NCBI GenBank assembly: GCA_045128055.1
Contig: JBGVRC010000120.1
Location: 21,133 to 85,132 of the forward strand
Length of the DNA: 64,000 nucleotides
Source of the DNA: Candidatus Scatosoma sp.
GTDB taxonomy: Bacteria > Bacillota > Clostridia > Christensenellales > Borkfalkiaceae
Direction: 5' to 3'
Part shown: piece by piece, positions 42,447 through 52,109 of the stretch
Numbering within the stretch: the first letter of the stretch is position 1
Layout: the number at the start of each line of letters is the position of its first letter
Notes under the pieces: model-generated
What the model was told of the DNA's origin: nothing
Databases searched by the model: none
What the model saw: the letters and a program-made list of their open reading frames with translations, nothing else
Program-made: the position numbers and the translations under genes

Positions 42447-44873
42447 TTATAAACAGCGGACGGAATCTCTACCGTTTTCCGTGGGGATAACGGGCAAGGT
42501 TTTCGTCTTTTTTTGGCTGGGTTTTGCGGTTTTATTTTGGTTTTTGCTCTCGCCCAGCATCACGTCGAACACTTCGTCCACCGTCTTTACGGGGATAAAG
42601 GCAACGTCTTTTTGTACGACGGCGGGCAGCTCTTCGATTTCCCGTTTGTTGTCGTAAGGGATAATCACCGTTTTAATGCCCAAACGCCGCGCGGCAAGGG
42701 ATTTTTCCTTTAAGCCGCCGATGGGCAATACTTTGCCGCGGAGCGTGATTTCGCCCGTCATCGCTACGTCGCCGCGAACGGGCGTACCCGTGTATGCGGA
42801 CAGCATAGCCGTCGCCATCGTGATACCTGCGCTGGGTCCGTCCTTGGGCGTTGCGCCTTCGGGAACGTGTACGTGCAGGTCGAAATTGCTAAATTTTTCG
42901 CTTTCAATGCCGTATTTATCGGCGTGGGAGCGGATATAGGAAAGGGCGGCAAGCGCCGATTCTTTCATTACGTCGCCGAGCTTACCCGTGAGCTTCAACT
43001 CCCCTTTGCCTGGCATAATCGTGGCTTCGACGATGAGCAAAGCGCCGCCGACTGCCGTCCAAGCAAGCCCCGTAACCGCGCCGATTTCTTGGCGGAAGCG
43101 GGTTTCGTCCTTTTTATATTTGGGCGCGCCGAGAAGATTTAAAACTTCCTTTTCGTCCACTTTTACAAGGGGCAGGGCTTTGTCCTTGGCGTATTGCACC
43201 GCGATTTTACGGCACAAAGTACCTACCGTTCTTTCCAAATTACGCACCCCTGCTTCGCGGGTATAGCCTTCGATTGCCGCGTGGATACCCTTGGTTGTAA
43301 ACGAAGCGTTGTTGTCCGTTAAGCCGTTTTGGACGAGCTGTTTGGGCACGAGATAGCGACGGGCGATTTCCGTCTTTTCTTCCATCGTATAGCCCGAAAG
43401 CTCGATGATTTCCATTCTGTCGCGCAAAGGCCCGGGAATGGTATCCAAGGTGTTTGCGGTGGTGATGAAAAGCACTTTGCTTAAATCGTAAGGATATTCT
43501 AAATATCTATCGCGGAAAGAGACGTTTTGTTCGGGGTCTAATACTTCCAACAAAGCGCTGGCGGGATCCCCGTGCATATCCGACGTGATTTTGTCGATTT
43601 CGTCGAGTAAGAATACGGGATTGATAGAACCGGCATTTTTCATACCATACAAAATTCTGCCCGGCATAGCGCCGATATAGGTACGGCGGTGGCCGCGGAT
43701 TTCCGCTTCGTCCTTGACACCGCCAAGGCTCATACGGACAAATTTTCTATTCAAAGCGCGCGCAATCGACTGTGCAATGCTTGTTTTGCCCACGCCAGGG
43801 GGGCCGACAAAGCACAAAATCGGTGCTTTCATATTTCCCGTCAATTTCAAAACCGCGAGATATTCGGTGATGCGGTCTTTGATTTTTTCCAAGCCGTAGT
43901 GGTCGGCGTTGAGTACCTTGATACAGTCGGTCAACTTTTCCGTGTCTTGGGTTTCTTCCGTCCAAGGCAAAGAAAGGACTTGGTCTAAATAGCTGGCGAT
44001 CACCGTATATTCAGCGGCGGACGACGGCATTTTCGAGAGCCTGTCCACTTCCTTTAAGCACTTTTCTTCCAAGCCCGCAGGAAGGTGTTTTTCCGCGATT
44101 TTCGCGCGGTATTCGTCTTCTTCCTTATTATCGTCGCCAAGCTCGGTGTGGATAGCCTTTAACTGCTCGCGCAAAAAATATTCCTTTTGGTTTTTGTCGA
44201 TGCTTTGGCGAACGGCTGTGGCGATTTTCTTTTCGATTTTGGAAATTTCCAGCTCGTCGTTTAAGCAGCGTTCAAACTGCTTCAAGCGTTCCACTACCTT
44301 ATTTTCTTCTAAAATCGCCTGCTTGACTTCCAAACGCACACGCATAGCCGAAAGGGCTACGTCGATATATTCGTCTGGGTCGGAGCATTTTTCGAGTTTG
44401 GTCACCGTTTCCTTGGCGATTTTTCCGTCCGAAGAGAGCACGTCTTTCACCAGCTCTTTCGCCGTGCGGAAATACGCTTCTTCCAGCACTTCGTCGCCGT
44501 GAACGGACGAAATGGGGTCGGCAACGGCGTAAAAATAGCCGCTTTCCATAGAAATTACGCGGGCGCGAGCGCGGTATAAGCATTCGCAAAGCACGCGGAT
44601 AGCGCCGCCCGTAAGCTGGGCGATTTGTTTGATTTTGGCTACGCAGCCAACCGCGTATAAATCGCTTGCTTCCACGTCCGTTTTTTCCGTTTGGCGCTGG
44701 GTGAGAATAAACACCGTTCTATCCGTTGCGGAAGCGCGGTCGATGGCTTTGAGAGTGACTTGCCTACCCACTTCGAAAGAAATGTTGGTATGCGGAAACG
44801 CCACCTTGCCGCGAAGGGGCACGATGGGCAAAATATTCGTTGTGTTTTCAGTTTGTTTCGTTACATTTTCCAT
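42447..44873 (-). CDS. lon: ATP-dependent Lon protease
   Basis: Start at MENVTKQ (44873); GPPGVGKTS Walker A; PKDGPSAG catalytic Ser motif; extra basic C-terminal tail. Confidence 0.95.
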   Translation of the reverse strand: MENVTKQTENTTNILPIVPLRGKVAFPHTNISFEVGRQVTLKAIDRASATDRTVFILTQRQTEKTDVEASDLYAVGCVAKIKQIAQLTGGAIRVLCECLYRARARVISMESGYFYAVADPISSVHGDEVLEEAYFRTAKELVKDVLSSDGKIAKETVTKLEKCSDPDEYIDVALSAMRVRLEVKQAILEENKVVERLKQFERCLNDELEISKIEKKIATAVRQSIDKNQKEYFLREQLKAIHTELGDDNKEEDEYRAKIAEKHLPAGLEEKCLKEVDRLSKMPSSAAEYTVIASYLDQVLSLPWTEETQDTEKLTDCIKVLNADHYGLEKIKDRITEYLAVLKLTGNMKAPILCFVGPPGVGKTSIAQSIARALNRKFVRMSLGGVKDEAEIRGHRRTYIGAMPGRILYGMKNAGSINPVFLLDEIDKITSDMHGDPASALLEVLDPEQNVSFRDRYLEYPYDLSKVLFITTANTLDTIPGPLRDRMEIIELSGYTMEEKTEIARRYLVPKQLVQNGLTDNNASFTTKGIHAAIEGYTREAGVRNLERTVGTLCRKIAVQYAKDKALPLVKVDEKEVLNLLGAPKYKKDETRFRQEIGAVTGLAWTAVGGALLIVEATIMPGKGELKLTGKLGDVMKESALAALSYIRSHADKYGIESEKFSNFDLHVHVPEGATPKDGPSAGITMATAMLSAYTGTPVRGDVAMTGEITLRGKVLPIGGLKEKSLAARRLGIKTVIIPYDNKREIEELPAVVQKDVAFIPVKTVDEVFDVMLGESKNQNKTAKPSQKKTKTLPVIPTENGRDSVRCL

Positions 44874-44919
44874 ACGTATATTGTTTACCCGTTTTTTTAT
44901 ATTTTCAAACAGAAACGGG

Positions 44920-44950
44920 GGAAAGAAAGGGTGGGAAAACTTCCCACCCC
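44920..44950 (-). terminator. intrinsic terminator of the BY-kinase operon
   Basis: GGGTGGGAA-loop-TTCCCACCC, followed by TTTCTTT on the - strand. Confidence 0.65.
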
Positions 44951-44999
44951 CTTGTTTGTTTTGTCGTTTACACGGCGAGATTGCCAAGCGGCTGTGTTT

Positions 45000-45848
45000 T
45001 TACGCTTCGCTTCTTTCCGACTCGTCTTCGGTTTCGTCGCTGGACACGTAGCCCTTGGAATCGTAGGCATAGGAATTATAATAATAATATTTTTTATAAC
45101 CGTAGCCGTAATAGCCGCCGTAGTAACCCTTGGATTTGGGGGTTTTGTAGTCGTTGACAACTACCCCAAGCACGTTCACTTTCGAGAATTTAAGGGTGTC
45201 GAGCGCGCGTTCGATGTCGCTGATGTAGGATACTTGGTGGCGGCAAACAAGCACCGCGCCGTCTACTGCGGGGGAGAGCGCCAAGGCGTCCGAAAGGAGC
45301 AATACGGGGGGCGTATCAATGATGATATAGTCGTATTCTTCGCGGAGCTGGTTTAAAAGCGCAACCATTTCTTCGCTTTCCAACAATTCGTAGGGGCGGG
45401 GAGAATGCGTACCGCAGGTGATATACGAAAGGTTTTTATTCACGTGGGAAACGTGCGTAACTTCCTGCAAGGACTTTTGACCGGAAAGACAGTCGGAAAG
45501 CCCGGGTACGGTTTTTTGCTTGAAATATTTAGCCACTCTGCCCTTTCTAATGTCGGCGTCTACGAGAATAACCTTTGCGTCCGATTGCGCAAACATCAAG
45601 GCAAGGTTGACGGTGACCGTCGTTTTTCCGTCTTCGGGGAAGGCGGACGTCGCCATGATTGCCAAGCCGCCGCTCTTTTTGGGGACGGATACGGAGATGG
45701 AAGCCTTTAAATTACGGAACGCTTCCGTAACGTCGAAGGGCGTGTCGTCGCTTAATAAATATTCTGCTCTGGAAGAAAGATGTTTCGTTTTTTCAGAAGC
45801 TTTGATTGCGCGTTTTTCGCGCGTTTTATTTTTCGAAAAAATACCCAT
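45000..45848 (-). CDS. CpsD/CapB-type bacterial tyrosine kinase
   Basis: 282 aa; P-loop SAFPEDGKTT; C-terminal Tyr cluster GYYGGYYGYGYKKYYYYNSYAY. Confidence 0.88.
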   Translation of the reverse strand: MGIFSKNKTREKRAIKASEKTKHLSSRAEYLLSDDTPFDVTEAFRNLKASISVSVPKKSGGLAIMATSAFPEDGKTTVTVNLALMFAQSDAKVILVDADIRKGRVAKYFKQKTVPGLSDCLSGQKSLQEVTHVSHVNKNLSYITCGTHSPRPYELLESEEMVALLNQLREEYDYIIIDTPPVLLLSDALALSPAVDGAVLVCRHQVSYISDIERALDTLKFSKVNVLGVVVNDYKTPKSKGYYGGYYGYGYKKYYYYNSYAYDSKGYVSSDETEDESERSEA

Positions 45849-45851
45849 AGC

Positions 45852-47345
45852 TTATCTCCTAGAACCGTTCTTTTTCTTATTGTTTGCGGTTTGTTGCTTT
45901 GCGGGGGCAGGAGCGCTCTTGGTTTGTTTTTCCTGCTTCGCCTGTAACTCCGCTTGTTTCTTTGCTTGTTCAGCGTCCTTTTTGGTTTGTTTTTCTTTTT
46001 CCTTTAATTGTTTTGCTTTTTCTTTCTTTTCCAAAACGCTGCGTTTTGCGCGTTCCTTTTTCTTGGTGGCGGAAAGCGTGGTAAGGTCTTCAATCGTAGG
46101 CACGATACCGAGTACGGGAACGTTGAAAAGACGGGTGATGGTTTCTTGGTCGCGGAGACGTTTGTCCGATCTGTCTACAATAATAATCAGAACCGCTGCG
46201 ATAACAGCTGCCGCCGCCGCAAAAAGAACAGCGTATTTTATTGCTTGGTTGGTGGTGTAAAGGGGGTTGGTTAAATGAATTTCGTCCGTACGGGTGATTC
46301 TTTGACAGTTGGTGCCTTCGTAATCGGAGGGAACCGCCATATTTGCTTCAACGTACGAGGGAACGACTTTAATAACTTTTTCGTACAAGTCATTGGCGAA
46401 TTCTCTTTGTTTTTCCTTTACTTCTTTGTCTGGAGAGTCCACCAAAACGGAAATTTTCACGTAGATGAAGCTTCGCGCAAGATTGTTTGCGTCGTCCGTA
46501 TCGGCATTTGCTTCGAGGTAGGAGTAGGAAATTTTACCGCTATGGAGATTGAGGTCGGCTTTATAATTATTTGTTGTTCTCCAAAGCGCAAGCGTTTCTT
46601 CCGTTTTGTTTTCTGCAATTTCTACAGCAAGATCGGCTTCGGCTTGTAATTCTTTCGCTTGCAACTTCTTGGACTGATAATCTTCACACAAAGTTTTCAA
46701 CTCGGCCGGCAATTTGGTCTGCAAGTGTGTGTAAGCGATGTCGCTATAAGACCAATAAGCGTTGGAGATATCGGGAAGAGAAGGGACAATGGCAAGCCAA
46801 GCCTCCTGCACCTGTTCTAAGGCTTCATCAGCAATCTTTTTTGCTGCTGTAACCGCATTTCTTGCCGCCGTTGCATCGTTAAGAAGAAGCTCGGTTTCCT
46901 CAATGGAAGCATTGAGTTTTTTATTAAACTCTTTATTTTTCTGCTCTATTTCTGCTTCAGATTCCGGGTTTTTTATGGTAATTTTCCAAGGTTTTTCGTC
47001 CGTAGATTGTTTAGGAATAGTTCTACCGTCCAAAATTAATTGTTCCGTAAAACTTTCCGAGCCGAGCAGCTTGACCATGTTATCCATGACGTGTCTGCCG
47101 TACGCGCCGTAAACGCCGTATTGGCTGCCTTCCGAGCTTGCCGTTTGTTTGGGCCGTTCGGGGTTGACGTAAAATTGCACTTCCGTACCATAGTAGTCAA
47201 TGTTAACTGTGCGCCAAACAGCAAACGATCCGCCTAAAATTCCGCCGATGATCACGACGAGAATAAGTAGCTTGATTTTGCTTAAAAGAAGTTGGAGTAT
47301 ATCCATTAAGCTAATGCCTTCTTCTTTCTGGATTTTTTCTTCCAT
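45852..47345 (-). CDS. Wzz/CpsC-type chain-length determinant (kinase modulator) with long coiled-coil insert and K/Q-rich tail
   Basis: 497 aa; Wzz-like N-terminus (ISLMDILQLLLSKIKLLILV), second TM near the C-terminus, tail KKEKAKQLKEKEKQTKK... Confidence 0.75.
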   Translation of the reverse strand: MEEKIQKEEGISLMDILQLLLSKIKLLILVVIIGGILGGSFAVWRTVNIDYYGTEVQFYVNPERPKQTASSEGSQYGVYGAYGRHVMDNMVKLLGSESFTEQLILDGRTIPKQSTDEKPWKITIKNPESEAEIEQKNKEFNKKLNASIEETELLLNDATAARNAVTAAKKIADEALEQVQEAWLAIVPSLPDISNAYWSYSDIAYTHLQTKLPAELKTLCEDYQSKKLQAKELQAEADLAVEIAENKTEETLALWRTTNNYKADLNLHSGKISYSYLEANADTDDANNLARSFIYVKISVLVDSPDKEVKEKQREFANDLYEKVIKVVPSYVEANMAVPSDYEGTNCQRITRTDEIHLTNPLYTTNQAIKYAVLFAAAAAVIAAVLIIIVDRSDKRLRDQETITRLFNVPVLGIVPTIEDLTTLSATKKKERAKRSVLEKKEKAKQLKEKEKQTKKDAEQAKKQAELQAKQEKQTKSAPAPAKQQTANNKKKNGSRR

Positions 47346-47514
47346 TATACGCTCCTTATATTGTTCTTTTGCTTTCGTTTTTCTTGGGTTTTATAAAGAA
47401 TTTATAAAAACACTCTAAGTCCAACCCATTATACCATTATTTTTTTCGCTTGTAAAGTGTTTTTTCACAAAAAAGCGGTTACCGCGGCGAAAAAAGGCAG
47501 GAAAATAAAGACAA

Positions 47515-47546
47515 AGCAAAAAAACCGTCCTTTTAGGACGGTTTCG
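47515..47546 (-). terminator. intrinsic terminator of rng
   Basis: AAACCGTCC-TAAAA-GGACGGTTT followed by T7 on the - strand. Confidence 0.8.
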
Positions 47547-47565
47547 TTTGATAAAAGCAGCGGAA

Positions 47566-49086
47566 TTATCCGCGTAAAAGCTGCGCGTTGGCGGGCAGAG
47601 CAGACGGCTCTTTTTCTTCGCCGCGGACGGTGAAATAATTTTCTTTATACGTTTTGTGGGGGATAAAATACACTCGTTTGTCCGCCCAGCGCGTTCGGGC
47701 TTCGATTGTCAGCAAGCCTTCGTTTAAAATCTTTTGCATAATGTTTTGGTTAAGCTCTACCACGACGGTATCGAAACCGTCGGCAAAGCAATCGAGAATA
47801 CTCGCGCGCATTCGCGTAATCACGAAAATGTCTTCGTGTACGTACGCCATACCTTGACAATGCGGGCAGGGTTTTACCAAATACGAATGGGCGTCGTGTC
47901 CTACTCTTTTGCGGGTAAACTGCGTAATACACAGCTCGCTCATGGGCAAAACGTTGCATTTCGCTTTGTCCGCGGAGAGCTTTTCACGGAGCTTTTCGGT
48001 GACGGCTTCGCGGTGCGCTTCGTCCGCCATATCGATAAAATCCACCACGACGATGCCGCCGATATTACGCAGGCGAACCTGTCTTGCGATTTCTTCCGCG
48101 GCGGCGAGATTGACGGCGAACACGGTGTCTTCCAAATTGTCGCTGCCGACGTAGCCGCCCGTATTTACGTCCACGACGGTCATAGCTTCGGTGGGCTCGA
48201 TGACGATATGCGCGCCGTTTTCCAAGGGCACGATGGGGTCTGCCGCGCCGTAAACCAGCGGGGAAATCCCATATTCTTTCATCATAGCTCTGTCGCCGTT
48301 GTGGAAAACGAGCTTGCTTTCGGGAATATCTTTTCTAAGGTTGATAAGACGGAGCAAACGCTCGTACAATTCCTTATCCCCTACGTGAATGGCGTCAAAA
48401 TCTTCGCCGTACGAATCGCGCATTACGCGGGCGGGCAAATCGTCGTCTTCATACAAAAGCGTGCCGATTTCCGCTGTTTTGGACAAAGCGTTCATATCCG
48501 CGTAAAGCTGTTTTAAATAAGCGGCTTCCGCTTGGATTTGTTCGTCGGAAGCGAAGGGGGCTTGGGTGCGCACGATAAAGCCTTCGTCCTGTCTTTCGCG
48601 CAGGTTATCCACCTTTTGCAAAAGCGTTTGACGGGTAGCTTCGTCGGTGATTTTTCTGGAAATGCCCAAAAAGTTTGTCGTGGGCATATAAATGACGAGC
48701 TTACCAACGAAAGAAAGGTGGGTAGTGACCTTTGCGCCCTTGTTGCCGCGGGGCGGTTTTACCACCTGTACGATAATCTCGTCCCCTTCTTTAAGTTGCA
48801 TCGAATTTACGTTTAACGCGGACATGGTACCGTCATATTTGGTATGGTCGGCGTACGTTTCGTCCATAGACAGGTAACAATTTTTATCCAAACCGCAGTG
48901 GATAAAGGCGGCGTTCATACCCGAAAGCACGTTGACGACCTTGCCTTTATAAATACTGCCGACGCTGGTTGCTCTCGGTTCGAACTCGCAGGAAAATTCC
49001 ATCAATTTTCCGTCTTCTACCAAAGCGGCGAACTGCTGGCCGCAATATCTATCTAAAAACCATTCTGTCTTTATCTTCGTTGACAT
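47566..49086 (-). CDS. rng: Rne/Rng family ribonuclease (RNase G-like)
   Basis: 506 aa; S1 domain (GSIYKGKVVNVLSGMNAAFI) and the VVVDFIDM catalytic region. Confidence 0.88.
   Translation of the reverse strand: MSTKIKTEWFLDRYCGQQFAALVEDGKLMEFSCEFEPRATSVGSIYKGKVVNVLSGMNAAFIHCGLDKNCYLSMDETYADHTKYDGTMSALNVNSMQLKEGDEIIVQVVKPPRGNKGAKVTTHLSFVGKLVIYMPTTNFLGISRKITDEATRQTLLQKVDNLRERQDEGFIVRTQAPFASDEQIQAEAAYLKQLYADMNALSKTAEIGTLLYEDDDLPARVMRDSYGEDFDAIHVGDKELYERLLRLINLRKDIPESKLVFHNGDRAMMKEYGISPLVYGAADPIVPLENGAHIVIEPTEAMTVVDVNTGGYVGSDNLEDTVFAVNLAAAEEIARQVRLRNIGGIVVVDFIDMADEAHREAVTEKLREKLSADKAKCNVLPMSELCITQFTRKRVGHDAHSYLVKPCPHCQGMAYVHEDIFVITRMRASILDCFADGFDTVVVELNQNIMQKILNEGLLTIEARTRWADKRVYFIPHKTYKENYFTVRGEEKEPSALPANAQLLRG
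48812..48835 (-). repeat. dispersed motif M17 (CATG class)
   Basis: - strand reads TGACGGTACCATGTCCGCGTTAAA; 13/15; sense in rng. Confidence 0.7.
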
Positions 49087-49255
49087 CTACCTTTGTTTCC
49101 TTTACGAAATATTTGGGGGTATTACCCAGCCGATTTTTGTCGGTGACAAATCGTAAAAGCTACGTAGGACCGTTTATCACACGGGTAATAGTATAACACA
49201 CAGTCGTTTTTTTGCAAAGCGTTTTTTGCTTCTTTTGGCGGGAAATTATACGATT

Positions 49256-50227
49256 TTAAGGCAAATATACGTCTTTTTCAACCATTTCTCGTATTGGGGT
49301 GTACGGAGAAGGGGCTTTTTCGAACAAAGCGGCGAGTTTGTTTTGGGGTAAATTGCAAAGGTGGCGCTCTTTTTCGTCGTAAATTTCAAGCACCAAATAG
49401 CTGCCGCGGGATAAAAACCGAAAAACGTCTTTTACGGGGCAGCTTGCCAAAACGGCGACGCGGCGTATCTCTATCCCCCGTTTTAGCGGTTGATTTTGCG
49501 CGAAATCGATGCGGGAGTAGACGGCGGCTTTGTCCTTGTTGCCCAAAAACCCCGCAAAGAGAAACACGGAGAACACGAGCAGGCTGAAATTTGGATTTTT
49601 TTGAACGCACGAAACAAGAAAAAAGCCCGATAGGCAAAGGGAAAAAGCCAAGGTTAGAAAACGGCAAAATTTTTCCGCTTTTTCTTCTGCCAAGGTGACG
49701 TCCGCGTGTTTTTTCGATAGCATTTTCGCGAGCGAGCATTTTAAAATTCTGCCCCCGTCCAAGGGGTAGGCGGGCAGTAAATTTACAATCGCGATAGCGA
49801 GCGAAGAATGGAAAGCTACGTCCGTGAACGCGTACATGGTAGGGACAAACCACCACAAAGCGACGAAAAATACGGCGGTTATAAAATTGCAAAGCGGGCC
49901 GCAAAGCGCGACGATAATTTCGTCTTTGAGAGAAATCCCCCTTAAATCCCCGTCGATAACCGCACCAAAGGGCATAAGTACGACGCGGTTGAGTTTATAG
50001 CCTAATTTGGCGGCGGCGTAGGCGTGCGCGAGCTCGTGCTGAATGGCGACGAGAGCGGAGAGAAAGAATAAAAACAACTCCCCCGTGAAGGCGTACCAAA
50101 CTCCGACCAGCCAAAAGAGCGGATGGACGCGAAAAAGGCGGGTTTTTCTTTTTTTGGGATAAGAAAAAGAGCGGTTTTGCCGCCCGTTTTCTCGTCTTGA
50201 TGGTTTGTTGTTTTGAAATGCGCGCAT
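49256..50227 (-). CDS. spoIVFB: M50 site-2 protease, SpoIVFB-like
   Basis: HELAHA zinc motif and NLLPAYPLDGGR motif; ATG overlaps the upstream stop as TAATG; the 92 N-terminal codons in the ORF track were rejected. Confidence 0.75.
   Translation of the reverse strand: MRAFQNNKPSRRENGRQNRSFSYPKKRKTRLFRVHPLFWLVGVWYAFTGELFLFFLSALVAIQHELAHAYAAAKLGYKLNRVVLMPFGAVIDGDLRGISLKDEIIVALCGPLCNFITAVFFVALWWFVPTMYAFTDVAFHSSLAIAIVNLLPAYPLDGGRILKCSLAKMLSKKHADVTLAEEKAEKFCRFLTLAFSLCLSGFFLVSCVQKNPNFSLLVFSVFLFAGFLGNKDKAAVYSRIDFAQNQPLKRGIEIRRVAVLASCPVKDVFRFLSRGSYLVLEIYDEKERHLCNLPQNKLAALFEKAPSPYTPIREMVEKDVYLP
49824..49847 (-). repeat. dispersed motif M18 (CATG class)
   Basis: - strand reads TGTCCCTACCATGTACGCGTTCAC; 14/15; sense in the spoIVFB-like gene. 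Confidence 0.8.
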
Positions 50228-51129
50228 TATTCCACCCACGCAAGGGAATTTTCCGCTGTAATTTGATAGCAGTTGAGCAAAACGCCGCCCGAATACATCG
50301 TCATTTGCACTTCCGTTTCCCCCGTTGTATACCCGACGGGCACGTTGCTTTTTACTTCGTCGCCCACTTGATAATATATATGGCTGAGCCCGCTGATAAT
50401 CCCCGTAAAAGAGTCGGAGTGGTTGATTTTTAAGGTGTATGTGCCGTCCGCGTTTTGGTACGCTTCGCTCACCGTGCCTTCGACCGCAGGATAGACGCAG
50501 CAATCGTCTTTAAAGGAAAGAATACCTGCGGCGGAAAGGGAAAGCTCTGCGTCGGAAAGCTCGGATACCACGGGCGAGAGCTTGAAATCGGAGTACGAGC
50601 GGTTGTCGACGGTGGCAACCGTTGCGTTGGGGTTGTTCATCGCGCGGAAAAAGGTGTTTACCGCGCTGTTGGGTAAAAATACGTTGGTCAAAAAGATAGC
50701 GCCGCAAAGCGCGCAGGCGATCGCGAACTCTGTGCCAAGCGTGACGCGGACGGCTTTTTGCGCCCGCGTTTCTTCGTTCATCGCGTACCTGCCCCCTTCA
50801 TTTTCTTTATAATCGAACGCATATTCTTCTTCAAAGGCGGCTTTGCGTTCTTGCTCGTCGGCAAAAAGTCGAACGGTGTCGATGCGGTCGGGAACGGCGT
50901 CGAAGGAAATAGAGCCTTCGCTGTTCGCGCCTTCCGCAAATGCGTCCGCGTCCACGGAAAGGGCGGTTTGCGTTTCTTCCACGCGGTTGTTCACCTGCCG
51001 TATCACGCTGTCTTTTAAGGGTGCGGTTTGTTCTAAGCGCGCTTTTTTACGGCGGCTTTTCTTGCGGATAATATTGACGGTGGATACAGGGATTTCTAAC
51101 ATTTCGGCGTATTCTATTTCTTCGTGCAT
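50227..51129 (-). CDS. spoIVFA: SpoIVFA-like membrane protein with degenerate M23/LytM domain
   Basis: 300 aa; one TM; C-terminal LytM-like beta domain; translationally coupled to the M50 protease. Confidence 0.6.
   Translation of the reverse strand: MHEEIEYAEMLEIPVSTVNIIRKKSRRKKARLEQTAPLKDSVIRQVNNRVEETQTALSVDADAFAEGANSEGSISFDAVPDRIDTVRLFADEQERKAAFEEEYAFDYKENEGGRYAMNEETRAQKAVRVTLGTEFAIACALCGAIFLTNVFLPNSAVNTFFRAMNNPNATVATVDNRSYSDFKLSPVVSELSDAELSLSAAGILSFKDDCCVYPAVEGTVSEAYQNADGTYTLKINHSDSFTGIISGLSHIYYQVGDEVKSNVPVGYTTGETEVQMTMYSGGVLLNCYQITAENSLAWVE
50777..50800 (-). repeat. dispersed motif M19 (G-run class)
   Basis: - strand reads TGAAGGGGGCAGGTACGCGATGAA; 15/15; sense in the spoIVFA-like gene (EGGRYAMN). 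Confidence 0.9.
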
Positions 51130-51257
51130 ACTAACTTCTCCTTTCGCTCGTTGTTTTAGCGTCTGTTTTATCGTATGCGAAAAAGTAAGCGTTTAGAACG
51201 AAAAAAGAAAAAATAAAAGGCAAAATGATACTTTTACCCATTTATAATATGATAAAG

Positions 51258-51971
51258 TTAATGATTTTTGTGACAATGTTCGAAATACCAGCACCTATAC
51301 GGGGCTTCGCAATGCACGCCAACGGAAACGTTTGGCATTATTGCGTCCTTTTTCTTGATTTTACCAAGCTCGAAAATACGCTCGCTCGCCATTTTTTGAT
51401 AGGGCTTTATCGCGTTGGTTACGTCGATAATACGATAGCGGAAGCCGTTGCTTTCCATATACGTCGCGGTGTGTTCAAAATCGTCTTTTACCGCGTCTTG
51501 GGGCGGTTCGTCCCCGCGCAAAACAAGGTGTACTCCCTTTAAAGAAACGCCGCATTTTTGCAGGATGAAGGCTTGAAAACCAAGGTCGGTCAAAAAGGCT
51601 TCGCGTGCGTAAAAAGTGTTCTTCACTTCGTACATGGTATAGCCGTTTCCCGTTTTTCGTAAAATATCGGCAGCGCAAAAATTGCCGTACCACGTAAACG
51701 AGCCTTCGCAAATAACGGGGGTTTGTTTTTCGATAAGCTCTTGGGTTTTGGCGATCATAGCGGCGTAGTTCAGCCTGCCGTCGTCGCGAAGCGTAGTGGT
51801 TTCGGTGTACTCGCCGAAAATACCCATAGCGGCGTCGCCAAACGCGTTGCCCGCGTCTAATTTTTCTTGGATTTCAGGCGGAATAATTTTCAGCTCGGGC
51901 GCGTGCGCGTCCAACCAAAGCATTTTTTCGCATTGTAAGCCGCGGACAAAGTCCGTTTTGGAAATAGGCAT
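51258..51971 (-). CDS. DUF2779-like PD-(D/E)xK nuclease-fold protein with C-terminal Cys cluster
   Basis: Start MPISKTDFVRGLQCEKMLWLD (AAGGAAG RBS); C-terminal CEAPYRCWYFEHC. Confidence 0.7.
   Translation of the reverse strand: MPISKTDFVRGLQCEKMLWLDAHAPELKIIPPEIQEKLDAGNAFGDAAMGIFGEYTETTTLRDDGRLNYAAMIAKTQELIEKQTPVICEGSFTWYGNFCAADILRKTGNGYTMYEVKNTFYAREAFLTDLGFQAFILQKCGVSLKGVHLVLRGDEPPQDAVKDDFEHTATYMESNGFRYRIIDVTNAIKPYQKMASERIFELGKIKKKDAIMPNVSVGVHCEAPYRCWYFEHCHKNH
51621..51644 (-). repeat. dispersed motif M20 (CATG class, degenerate)
   Basis: - strand reads GGCTATACCATGTACGAAGTGAAG; 12/15; sense in the DUF2779-like gene. Confidence 0.5.
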
Positions 51972-52109
51972 AAGCGTTTCTTCCTTTTGCGGGGGCGTTC
52001 CCCTTTTCGTGTAATTAGTATAGCTCTTTTTCTGGTTTTTGTCAAGAAAAAGGGCGGCAAGAAAACCCAGCCGTCCTTTTTCAAGGTAAATAAGTTGAAA
52101 ACGCAAAGA

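Noticed and set aside
49256-50503. Long N-terminal extensions of ORF-track entries (also 44874-44987 lon, 27817-27918, 36378-36560, 51972-52106, 15091-15180)
   Set aside because: The extensions overlap neighbouring genes or promoters and lack an RBS. Internal ATGs with good SD sequences match the conserved protein N-termini.
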